DNA from: a virus
Taxonomy: Duplodnaviria > Caudoviricetes
Virus record (IMG/VR): IMGVR_UViG_3300033407_000034
Location: 1 to 44,947 of that record
Strand: one strand, 5' to 3'
Length of the DNA stretch: 44,947 nucleotides
Part shown: positions 9,235 through 17,294 of the stretch, piece by piece
Position numbering within the stretch: the first letter of the stretch is position 1
Layout: each line of letters begins with the position of its first letter
Program-made: the position numbers and the translations under genes
The notes under the pieces: generated by a model
Database searches by the model: none
What the model saw: only the letters and a program-made list of their open reading frames with translations
Told to the model about the DNA's origin: nothing

Positions 9235-11061
9235 TTACTGAATCGTTACCCAGTCGGGATCTCCGACTTTCCTGTATTGAAGGGTCAAGGCGCCGGCGTC
9301 CGGGTCGGCGACGCTGGAGTCAACCAGAGTGCGGAGCCGGAAGGGCACCATCGTCAGAATGTTGATGCTCACGTCCTGGTCATCCAGCCAGGCCGCCTCG
9401 TCCTCGTCGGCGTCGTCGGCACGGAAGCGGAAGCCCTCGAGGTCGTAAGTAGCAGCAGCGGCGAGGGCGGAGACTGTGCCGGTAGAGGCCGGTTGTGAGC
9501 CCGCAAGGCTGATCAGGTAGAGCAGCGTCAGGGCGCCTGACTGGTTCGCGAGCAGTCCCGAGAGCGAGATCAGGTACTTCACCGAGATCGCCCCTGTTGA
9601 TGCCGGTTGTGAGCCCGCAAGGGACTCTGCCGTGATGAAGACGCTATCGATTGCTCCCGTTGACGCAGGTTGCGAACCGACCAGACTGATCAGGTACTTG
9701 ACAGCAAGGGCCGCCGTCGAAGCTGGTTGTGAACCCGTCAGGGAACGGAAGAGGGACTGAAGAGCGCTGAGAGTCCCGGTCTGGGCCGGCTGGTTGCCCG
9801 AGAGGCTCACCAGCAGCGACTGGAGCGCCGTTAGAACGCCGGTAGAACTCGGCTGCGCTCCAGCCAATGAGATCAGGTACTTGACCGCCAGGGCGCCGGT
9901 TGAAGCAGGCTGAGAACCAGACAGTTCAATCGTCGCGCTCTGAATTACGGCGTCTACTGTGCCCGTGCTAGCAGGCTGGGCGCCAACAAGGGAGATCAGG
10001 TATTTGACCGAAAGGGCTGCCGTGGACGCGGGCTGAGAACCTGCGAGAGACTTCTGGAGCAACTGCAGCGCGGTTAGTGCACCGGTTGACGCTGGCTGGT
10101 TCCCTGTCAGTGAGCGCAGGAGCGACTGAACGGCGCTAAGCGCACCGGTAGAGGCAGGTTGAGAGCCTGCTACCTCTTCGGTCGTGATAACGACGGTGCT
10201 GATGGCGCCTGTTGACGCTGGCTGAGAACCGGCGAGGTTTATCAGGTACTTGACTGAAATAGTCGCGGTGGAGGCAGGCTGACTCCCTGCGAGAGAACGC
10301 AGGAGCGATTGCAGGGCGGTGATTGCGCCTGTAGAGGCCGGTTGAGAGCCTGCTACCGAGCGCAGGAGGTCCTGGAGCTTGGCGATGGTGCCGGACATCG
10401 CGGGCTGAGAACCGGTGAGGCCAACCTCTACCGCGCCGCCGCCAGCGACAACCGTGATTGTCGGCGTGTTGTCGTATTGGTCGAGGGCAGTCGCGTTGTC
10501 GATTATGCGTAGCTGGATCGAGTCGTTGTTCTCAACGTCTGCGCTGCGAATCTGGAAGCAGTATTCGACCTCAGTGTCCTTCTCAGCGCCAATGGCAATG
10601 TCAGACCCTATTTGCTGGGCAATCCCGTCAACCTCATCGATGCCGCCGCCGACAAATGTTTGAGGCCCAGCCATCTGCTCCGACGTTGTCTGGTCCTCGG
10701 CAACGTGGTTCGATGCTGAGGCACGGACAACCGAAGATGCGCCGGTAACGTTGTTCCAGCCAGCGCCCTCGTGGTTGTACTGAAGTTGTGCTTTTACGAT
10801 GGCACTGTCGTCTGCATCTGTGTTCTGCAAGAGAAAGCGCATCCGGTAGTTGGTGTCTACATCGAGAGAATCATCGACGTTCGCGTTCTGCCGCCACGTC
10901 GCTAAAGTCTCGGAGCCGTCGTCGTCGCGATAGCGAAACGCCGCCTGAATCAGGAACGGGATGTTGTCGCCGTGCGCCCGCTGCGGCGGGGTAGGCGACT
11001 GCCAGACTCGCTCAACCTGCGAGACCCAGGAGTGCTTTAGAGGCGTTCGTCGGGCAGCCAT
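9235..11061 (-). CDS. Repeat-containing fibre/appendage protein A
   Basis: FRYRDDDGSE domain, about 16 GxQPAxTG repeats, and a C-terminal half copy of the N-terminal domain. Confidence 0.8.
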   Translation of the reverse strand: MAARRTPLKHSWVSQVERVWQSPTPPQRAHGDNIPFLIQAAFRYRDDDGSETLATWRQNANVDDSLDVDTNYRMRFLLQNTDADDSAIVKAQLQYNHEGAGWNNVTGASSVVRASASNHVAEDQTTSEQMAGPQTFVGGGIDEVDGIAQQIGSDIAIGAEKDTEVEYCFQIRSADVENNDSIQLRIIDNATALDQYDNTPTITVVAGGGAVEVGLTGSQPAMSGTIAKLQDLLRSVAGSQPASTGAITALQSLLRSLAGSQPASTATISVKYLINLAGSQPASTGAISTVVITTEEVAGSQPASTGALSAVQSLLRSLTGNQPASTGALTALQLLQKSLAGSQPASTAALSVKYLISLVGAQPASTGTVDAVIQSATIELSGSQPASTGALAVKYLISLAGAQPSSTGVLTALQSLLVSLSGNQPAQTGTLSALQSLFRSLTGSQPASTAALAVKYLISLVGSQPASTGAIDSVFITAESLAGSQPASTGAISVKYLISLSGLLANQSGALTLLYLISLAGSQPASTGTVSALAAAATYDLEGFRFRADDADEDEAAWLDDQDVSINILTMVPFRLRTLVDSSVADPDAGALTLQYRKVGDPDWVTIQ

Positions 11062-11459
11062 GCGCTCTTCGGCCTCAGCCTCTCGTCATCACGTATCCAT
11101 TCCGCGATCTCGCGCCACTCCCGGTTGGCGAACGAGCGACCAAACTTCACCCCCTCGGCGGCCAGTTGCGCCAGGGTCATTTCTGCCAGGGGCTTGTTCG
11201 CAAGCGGGGAGCCTGCTTGGATCAGGTAGTCGTAAACACCGGCCAGATCGCTGCACCAGGGATGTCGCGCTCCGGGCCACCAGAGGTAGTAGTCATTTTT
11301 CCATTCTGGCTCATACACACGGCCGACGTCCGCGGGATCGGACGGATCGGCATCGTTGTAGCCGACGGCCTGCACATTGAAGGCGTGCGCGTCTTCCCAG
11401 GGGCCGTCCTCGTTTGTCCATGAGGTCTTGTCGCCGTAGTAGATGACCCACTCGATCAC
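11037..11459 (-). CDS. Trp-rich hypothetical protein, possible fibre accessory
   Basis: Protein-like ORF (WVIYYGD...GVKFGRS); overlaps the start of fibre A. Confidence 0.7.
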   Translation of the reverse strand: MIEWVIYYGDKTSWTNEDGPWEDAHAFNVQAVGYNDADPSDPADVGRVYEPEWKNDYYLWWPGARHPWCSDLAGVYDYLIQAGSPLANKPLAEMTLAQLAAEGVKFGRSFANREWREIAEWIRDDERLRPKSAWLPDERL

Positions 11460-11488
11460 TCCCGCTTCACCCCGCCCCTGACGATCTG

Positions 11489-11521
11489 CACACCAAGACT
11501 CCCCTGGTGGTTAACCGCATG
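11489..11521. repeat. 33-bp direct repeat, copy 1
   Basis: CACACCAAGACTCCCCTGGTGGTTAACCGCATG, identical to 11933-11965. Confidence 0.95.
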
Positions 11522-11538
11522 CGCAATCAGTAAAGCCC

Positions 11539-11922
11539 TCATATCCGTTTCCTTAATGCTTGACGGCCATTGCGGCAGTAGTTCGCCTCTTGGGCCGTCT
11601 GTTTGAAGCCGCGATAATGACGGATCAGCGCCGCCCGCTGGGCAGCTTTCAAGGTTGGGAACACCGACTCTAGGTCAATAAGCGCATCGCTCTGAACCGT
11701 CCAGTCCGCCGATGCCTGATCCTCGCCGTCGAGGTAGCTGTACCCTTGTGGCGTTCCAGAACGGGAGTAAGGGCCGTACTCGCGCACAAAGTCGATAGCG
11801 ACGTGACGGAAGCGCCTGCCCTGCCACTCGGCAATCCGTAGCTCCTGAATCGCGTCTTCAATCCACAATTCAGAGACACCGACGTTGCGGGCAATCGTGG
11901 CGAGGTAGGCGTCAGTGGGCAC
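11539..11922 (-). CDS. Minimal ECF sigma-70-like protein
   Basis: EDAIQELRIAEW..RHVAIDFVR resembles region 2; DLESVFPTLKAAQRAALIRHYRG...RNGRQALRKRI resembles a shortened region 4. Confidence 0.6.
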   Translation of the reverse strand: MPTDAYLATIARNVGVSELWIEDAIQELRIAEWQGRRFRHVAIDFVREYGPYSRSGTPQGYSYLDGEDQASADWTVQSDALIDLESVFPTLKAAQRAALIRHYRGFKQTAQEANYCRNGRQALRKRI

Positions 11923-12091
11923 GGATCACCTTCACACCAAGACTCCCCTGGTGGTTAACCGCATGAGCAGCGGTGTGGGCTTCCTTGATCGCCTCTAGCG
12001 CCTCCTGAAGCCGCTGTACGGGCACCGGACGCCATACATCGGCGTGGTGCTCCCGTTCCATCAACACGTCGCCTTGTAGGTCGTACTGCAT
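11912..12091 (-). CDS. Small hypothetical protein (59 aa) whose 3' end contains the direct repeat
   Basis: GAGGAG RBS; MQYDLQGDVLMEREHHADVWRPVPVQRLQEALEAIKEAHTAAHAVNHQGSLGVKVIRAH. Confidence 0.65.
   Translation of the reverse strand: MQYDLQGDVLMEREHHADVWRPVPVQRLQEALEAIKEAHTAAHAVNHQGSLGVKVIRAH
11933..11965. repeat. 33-bp direct repeat, copy 2
   Basis: Identical to 11489-11521, 444 bp away. Confidence 0.95.
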
Positions 12092-12103
12092 TACAATCTC
12101 CTC

Positions 12104-12310
12104 ATGAACGTTGAAGACGTTGGACTCTGGCGCTTTTGTCCCGCCTGTGCGAGACCCGCTATTCCCGACCCATACGGGACGGAGGACGATGACCCGCTCT
12201 GCTCCTGCTGCGAGCGTCCGTGGAACGCCTGTCCATGCACGCCAGCCAGCGAGGGCGAGTGCCGGTCAATTCGGGACGACTCGCATCCCATCGCTAAGCC
12301 TCGGGGTTAA
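12104..12310 (+). CDS. Cys-rich putative zinc-binding protein, antisense to the operon
   Basis: CPAC...CSCC...CPC...C; the competing minus-strand ORF is low-complexity. Confidence 0.4.
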   Translation: MNVEDVGLWRFCPACARPAIPDPYGTEDDDPLCSCCERPWNACPCTPASEGECRSIRDDSHPIAKPRG

Positions 12311-13205
12311 CGGTTACGGTGTACGTGTACTGAACCTGGTCGGACGAGTTGACCGACTGTCCACCCGTTAGCGAACGGTCGAGCAGCGTATCGGTCGAGG
12401 TCGAGAAGACACCGTGCTCTTCCCACGTCTCCGTCGCGTCTGCCGTGATCGTTGCTACCGTGGTGTAGGTGGGCGGGTCGCCGCCATCATCCACCTGCGT
12501 TCCAGCCTCCAGCGCGATTCCCGACGAAGCGATAAGGGCGGTCTGGGTGTTCGCTTCAGCGGTTGAATCGGTCCCAACCTCGTGTTCGTTGAAGTCGTTA
12601 AACTCGGCCGCCTCACCGGACGCGGCAGCGTCGGCCAATGCGCCGACTTCGACGTTGACAAACGCCTTCGTGACCTTCGCGCCTGACACCCAGCCCACGG
12701 TCTCAAGGAAGCCGAACTGAGGCAGGGCCATGTTCTTGACCGGGCAAGAACTACCGAGGTCGCACTCGTGGTGGAAACTCGGGTCGATAGGTGCGTCTGA
12801 CTTGTCCGGGTTAAAGGGGTTGGCCCAACCGGCGTGCCAGTGAACGGCGCTGAGGTTGGCCCAGGTCGAGACGTGAAGGTCATGACCGAGCGCGGCACGG
12901 TAGTACCAGCTCGGGATGTTCTCGTTTACGTGGTCACGCAGAAAGGCGAGCGCCTTGCCCTGCCACTGCGTACTTGGCGGATTCATGCGGGCGCCGGGGC
13001 GGAAGACTCTGCCCTGCGCGTCCTGACGCCACATGTCGCGGTTCAGGTAGGTGGTGGGCGTCTTGAAGCTGTCCACCGGGATCGGCAGCCAGACGCCGCG
13101 CTCCCAGTGGATGAGCCCTTTCTGACGCTGTGATTCCGCCTGCATCTCCGTTAGGGGGACGCGGCGGCTTGGGACTACGGGGTGTCGTGCGGGGGAAAGG
13201 TTCAT
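12294..13205 (-). CDS. Virion fibre/collar-like subunit with a long basic N-terminal extension
   Basis: Acidic beta-rich C-terminal domain (HEVGTDSTAE...EEHGVFST...LLDRS...QYTYTVTV) resembles tail-collar/fibre base domains. Confidence 0.65.
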   Translation of the reverse strand: MNLSPARHPVVPSRRVPLTEMQAESQRQKGLIHWERGVWLPIPVDSFKTPTTYLNRDMWRQDAQGRVFRPGARMNPPSTQWQGKALAFLRDHVNENIPSWYYRAALGHDLHVSTWANLSAVHWHAGWANPFNPDKSDAPIDPSFHHECDLGSSCPVKNMALPQFGFLETVGWVSGAKVTKAFVNVEVGALADAAASGEAAEFNDFNEHEVGTDSTAEANTQTALIASSGIALEAGTQVDDGGDPPTYTTVATITADATETWEEHGVFSTSTDTLLDRSLTGGQSVNSSDQVQYTYTVTVNPEA

Positions 13206-13384
13206 GTTTTCTTCCTTCTGCGGCGTGGCACAGAGGGAGGCGGCGGAGCCATGCCCCCCTCTGATACCTCCCCGCCACCTACGTCAGGTGTGGCTTGAAC
13301 CGGCCCGTGAATGCCGTCTCTCCCCTCTAGGTGAACCCGTGAGGTAACCGAGAGGCCGCATTCAGGACAAAGCTCGTCAACCAT
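13202..13384 (-). CDS. Small CxxC protein with a basic tail
   Basis: CPEC...H; coupled to genes on both sides. Confidence 0.55.
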   Translation of the reverse strand: MVDELCPECGLSVTSRVHLEGRDGIHGPVQATPDVGGGEVSEGGMAPPPPSVPRRRRKKT

Positions 13385-14043
13385 TACGACTCGACGGTCA
13401 TGTTCACGCTGGCGAAGGTCGCGCCGACGTGTACCGACGAAGCTGTTGCAAGAGCGCCAACAACGTGCAGACAGAGCGAAGCACCGTAAGGAACGGTGAT
13501 CTTGCCATCGACTGGTGCGCTGTAGCCGGGGCCGGGAGTCGCCGTACCGAGGGCCCAGTTGAGGCCGGGGCCGTAGACCCGCCAGCCGTTCGCGATGACC
13601 GTCGTGCCGACACCGGTGACGATCTCTCCCGCCGCGGTCGGCGTGACGATCGGCTTGCCGCTCATGCTGAAGAGGCTGAGAGCGGTAAGGGTCGGGATCG
13701 CCTTCTGGGTCGTCACCATCGCCGAGATGTAGTTCGCCTGTTGCGCAGCCGTGCCCAGGATTTGCTCCATGAACAGGTCTGAGACAACAAGGACCGTCCC
13801 GGCCTTGTTGTTGTAAATCTCAAGCGCAGCGGTCGTTGTCGGCACAGCAACCAGCGGCGCAAAGAGCGTCGCCGTCCGTACCGTTCGCGCTTCGCCACGG
13901 CGCATAAGCTCCGCAAACGGCGGCAACGTCTGAACAACCCCCTGCGAGCCGTCCGGGAAATACAGCGGCGTGTGGTATGCACCGGCCGCGCGTTCGTCAG
14001 GAGTGGTCCGAACAATGCCGGTTTCTTCAAACTTATTCGTCAT
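13384..14043 (-). CDS. Virion structural protein (beta-rich)
   Basis: T/A/V/G-rich, lies downstream of the capsid gene. Confidence 0.65.
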   Translation of the reverse strand: MTNKFEETGIVRTTPDERAAGAYHTPLYFPDGSQGVVQTLPPFAELMRRGEARTVRTATLFAPLVAVPTTTAALEIYNNKAGTVLVVSDLFMEQILGTAAQQANYISAMVTTQKAIPTLTALSLFSMSGKPIVTPTAAGEIVTGVGTTVIANGWRVYGPGLNWALGTATPGPGYSAPVDGKITVPYGASLCLHVVGALATASSVHVGATFASVNMTVES

Positions 14044-14055
14044 GTCAGGTTCCCT

Positions 14056-14826
14056 TTAGACCCAGCCGTCCCAGGCGTACCTGAGTCGAGCCATGTGGAT
14101 GAACGGGTCGTTTGCGCCGGACGATGTGAGCGTGCCGCCGCCGTACTTCGCTGGCCATTCGTTCGCCTGAATCGCGATCGAACCGGCAACCGTGGCCATG
14201 TCGTCCACGTAGGCGTAGACGAGGCTGGTTCGGCGGTCGACCTTGAGGCGGAAGTGATGCCAACTCGTGTCGGCTGCTGCCAGCCCTGAACTCGTCGCTG
14301 CACCGGAGCGCAGGATAAAGTCCGCGCCGTCTACGGCGATCGTCGCCATGTGGTCGTTAGCCACGTCGGCGGCGCCGCCGTCCTCGATCAAGCCGACGCC
14401 GGTCGCCGTCTCGTCGTTGTTTGCCTGGAAAGTCAGCCACTGGTCGACAATCAGGAAGTGCGGCAACTCAGGCGTACCATTTGCGGCGATACGCCCGGCC
14501 AGCTCCGCCGCCATGACGCCATGCCGGTAGTCGCCGAAGATCGCCGGCGATGCAAAGATGTCGTCGGCGGTGTCCAACTCGATGCCGGAAGGAGTACCCT
14601 TGCCGTCCACGTCGAGGAAGTCGGCACCGCTACCGTTGGAAATCAACGGCGGGCCGGTGTCGGTCCACCCGAACTTGTCGATGTCGTTGCCCTCGGTGGT
14701 CGCACCGAGAATTTGCGCGTGAGCCGATACCCAGAACTCAAGTCCTGGCATCTGAGCCCACATGCGCGGGTCACGCACGGAGTAAGTCGCGTACATGAGC
14801 CGCTGGAAGTCCTTGTCAGTGATCAC
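14056..14826 (-). CDS. Virion protein with a concanavalin/LamG-like fold
   Basis: GGAGG RBS; DTSWHHFRLKVD...VYAYVDD pattern. Confidence 0.6.
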   Translation of the reverse strand: MITDKDFQRLMYATYSVRDPRMWAQMPGLEFWVSAHAQILGATTEGNDIDKFGWTDTGPPLISNGSGADFLDVDGKGTPSGIELDTADDIFASPAIFGDYRHGVMAAELAGRIAANGTPELPHFLIVDQWLTFQANNDETATGVGLIEDGGAADVANDHMATIAVDGADFILRSGAATSSGLAAADTSWHHFRLKVDRRTSLVYAYVDDMATVAGSIAIQANEWPAKYGGGTLTSSGANDPFIHMARLRYAWDGWV

Positions 14827-14836
14827 GGTGACCTCC

Positions 14837-15208
14837 TTAGCCGCCGTAGCCGGTGGGCATGTAGAAGGCGAAAATCATTACGCCGCCGGTTACAAGCACG
14901 CGAATCGTTCCGTTGTCCTGGAGATGCCTGCCTGCCTCCGGCACGTAAGCCACCACATCGTTAGCCGCGAGGCTTACGGTGTCGGAGCCGAGCGCCGAGA
15001 GGGACGCAGGCGGATAGTCGCCGGCCAGGAACTCGCAGGTAGCGCTCGCGCCGTCCTGCTCCTGGAACACGATGACGAGGCCGCTTTCGCCGTTAGCGCA
15101 GGCGATGACGGCAAACTCGCCGGTGTCGATGTCGGTCCCGCCGGCAAGAATGTCAACGGAGGCCGTACCCGCAACTAGCGCGGTCTGGGCAACTGCTACG
15201 TCAGTCAT
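14837..15208 (-). CDS. Capsid decoration/cement-like protein
   Basis: Small beta-rich protein directly after the major capsid gene; GGAAGG RBS. Confidence 0.6.
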   Translation of the reverse strand: MTDVAVAQTALVAGTASVDILAGGTDIDTGEFAVIACANGESGLVIVFQEQDGASATCEFLAGDYPPASLSALGSDTVSLAANDVVAYVPEAGRHLQDNGTIRVLVTGGVMIFAFYMPTGYGG

Positions 15209-15223
15209 GTCAGTGTCCCTTCC

Positions 15224-16072
15224 TTACGACGCGAACTGAACGGCGCACTTGACGATGGCCTCGGGCCGCGTCACTTTGCCGCCGAACACCAGCTCGGAGT
15301 CGGCGCGCTGGTCAAAGTCGCCAGCCGTCTCCTCGATGAACCGGAGCTCGCTCAATTGCTCGCCGTAGGTGGTGCCCTTCTCTGAGCCGGCAACGATCGT
15401 GTGAGTCGTGCCGGAGATAGAGCCGTTGGTGGTCTCGTGGTAGGTGAAGCCGCGGATCGTGGTCTCGATACCGCCGCGAATGGTCGTCCGCGCCTGCGGT
15501 GTGTTGAAGCCGGTGAAACGGTCGTCTCGTGCAACCAGGCCGGAGAACTCCGGCGGCACAAAGACGTGCCAGCCGCCCGGAGGGACCTTTTCGTTCTTCA
15601 GCGTGGTCTCAAACTCCACGATCAGGTCGTAGGCGTTCGAGGTCATCGCCCCGATACCGAGCGTGCGAGAGTTCAGCGTTGTACCGGCGCCGTTGACCAT
15701 GAGGTCGCGGACGAAATCGTCCACGTCGTCGGCCAACTCCCAGGCGCCGCCCTGAATCTCCTCTTCCCACATCTTCCCGCCGCCCTGGGCAAGGTGCTTC
15801 TCAAGAGAGTCAACCTTGATGCCCCAGTGCCGGCGCTGGTCGACGACGAAGATTTGCTCGCCGGGAGTGAGGCGCTGGTAGGAGATCGTGGTGGAGTCTC
15901 GCGTGTAGGTGTCCGTGGAAGGACGCGCCGGGGTGAAGATTTTCACGGCGGCATTTGCGCGAATCTCCCCCTCATAGTCCTGGTTGGTGCCCTTCTTGTA
16001 GACATGGGCATCCCTGAAGGACATGAGGAACTTGTCAGACCAAATAGTCTTGGCAAGAGCGTCAAGAGACAT
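15224..16072 (-). CDS. Major capsid protein (HK97 fold, P22-coat-like)
   Basis: IWSDKFL, NQDYEGEI, VDQRRHWGIKVD, LVFGGKVTRPEA; follows the scaffold; GGAGG RBS. Confidence 0.9.
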   Translation of the reverse strand: MSLDALAKTIWSDKFLMSFRDAHVYKKGTNQDYEGEIRANAAVKIFTPARPSTDTYTRDSTTISYQRLTPGEQIFVVDQRRHWGIKVDSLEKHLAQGGGKMWEEEIQGGAWELADDVDDFVRDLMVNGAGTTLNSRTLGIGAMTSNAYDLIVEFETTLKNEKVPPGGWHVFVPPEFSGLVARDDRFTGFNTPQARTTIRGGIETTIRGFTYHETTNGSISGTTHTIVAGSEKGTTYGEQLSELRFIEETAGDFDQRADSELVFGGKVTRPEAIVKCAVQFAS

Positions 16073-16090
16073 AGTTCATTCCCTCCGCAG

Positions 16091-16966
16091 CTAGCCCGCT
16101 CGGGTCCAACTGCGTACTAGGTCGGGGTGCTCGCGCTGAACCTGGAGACGCTCCTCCTGTTTCATCGCGCCGTACCCTTCTTTGGTTGGAAGTCCAGTTG
16201 AGGTCTCTCTTCCGTCTCCCGAGGGACTGTTACCCTTGGCCCTGTCACCCTTTGCCTTCGCAAGGTCGCCTCGCACCTTTGCCAGCTCGTCTTCCGCCTT
16301 CTTCAGCTTCTTGGCAGCATCAGAAGTCGCCGCACCCTCTGCACGGGCAGCGTCCAGCGCGGCGTTAAAGGCCGCCTCCGGGTCGGTGGGCTTGGAATTG
16401 AGCTCTTTGATGATCCGCTGCGCTTCGGCCTTGTCAGGATGGATCTCCTGAATCCGGGCCTTTGCCAGCGCGTCGTAGGCAAACAAGATGCCGGGCGCGA
16501 CCGCCTGCATGAAGGTCGCGTTCTCACGCTGCAGGTTCATCTCCAGCAACTCGTAGTTGACCGAACGTGCCTCAGCCTCAGCCTTGTCAGACTCGGCTTT
16601 GACGATCTCGGAAACCCGGCGGTTGTGGATCTGGATCTGACGGGTGACCTTTTGGGAGTTCTCCTGGTTGGCTCTGCGGGCTTCGTCACGTGCAGCCGTT
16701 TTGTCCTTTTCGGACTGCTCGTGTCGTCTGAGCGCTTCCTTTTCAGGAGTGGTCAGGTTTTCGCCGGCATCAACCCGTGCCTGGAGAGCTTCAGGGTCGT
16801 ACTCGGGAGGGGCGTCGTCAGAGCTATCGCCGTCCTGGTTCGCTGGCTCCTGATCCTCTACAGCGGGGAGTGTTCCCAGGCTGTCGTCCGAATCAGAAGG
16901 GGGAGCGTCCGCCGAAGGGTTGGGCTGCGTAACGACCGGGTTGTCGAGGACAGTTGCCTCAGACAT
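16091..16966 (-). CDS. Capsid scaffolding protein
   Basis: Acidic N-terminus, coiled coils, C-terminal helix-turn-helix-like tail; directly upstream of the capsid gene. Confidence 0.75.
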   Translation of the reverse strand: MSEATVLDNPVVTQPNPSADAPPSDSDDSLGTLPAVEDQEPANQDGDSSDDAPPEYDPEALQARVDAGENLTTPEKEALRRHEQSEKDKTAARDEARRANQENSQKVTRQIQIHNRRVSEIVKAESDKAEAEARSVNYELLEMNLQRENATFMQAVAPGILFAYDALAKARIQEIHPDKAEAQRIIKELNSKPTDPEAAFNAALDAARAEGAATSDAAKKLKKAEDELAKVRGDLAKAKGDRAKGNSPSGDGRETSTGLPTKEGYGAMKQEERLQVQREHPDLVRSWTRAG

Positions 16967-16973
16967 AAGAAGA

Positions 16974-17069
16974 GACCCCTAGCTAGTTCGCTTAGGGGCC
17001 GTTTGCGTCTGGAGGCCGCGGTGGTTATGAAACTGGCGTTATGTTAGAGCAATCAGGTAGACATTTCAA
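16974..17069 (-). promoter_or_regulatory. Sigma70-type promoter and structured leader for scaffold/capsid
   Basis: TTGAAA (17069-17064), 17 bp, TAACAT (17046-17041); hairpin GGCCCCTA...TAGGGGTC just before the ATG. Confidence 0.6.
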
Positions 17070-17072
17070 CCG

Positions 17073-17294
17073 TTAGACGAAATCGCTCAGGCGTCCGGTC
17101 TTCCGGCAGGATCGGCACTCGATCTCAACTCCCGATACCAGCGCCTCTTCCCATTCATCAATCGGCACCCTCGCAACCTTGTGGCCGCAAGGTTCACCGT
17201 TCTTGCGGGTGCCGTTGCAGTAGACGCCAGCGCTTCCGCCCGCTTCGTGGACTCGCTGGTTCTTGGCCGTGAAGGGGGATACGTCTGTCACCAT
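17073..17294 (-). CDS. Mu Com-like zinc-ribbon regulator
   Basis: YC...CGHKVARV...VEIECRSCRK matches the Com pattern (C..C.K.L....IEI.C..C). Confidence 0.7.
   Translation of the reverse strand: MVTDVSPFTAKNQRVHEAGGSAGVYCNGTRKNGEPCGHKVARVPIDEWEEALVSGVEIECRSCRKTGRLSDFV

Noticed and set aside
7480-10420. CRISPR array or DGR template/variable repeats
   Set aside because: The repeats are in-frame and vary at synonymous sites; no constant repeat-spacer pattern, no reverse transcriptase, and no adenine-specific variation seen.
17020-17049. cer-like Xer site GGTGGTTATGA-8 bp-TTATGTTAGAG
   Set aside because: Explained more simply by the -10 box and shared leader motif on the opposite strand.
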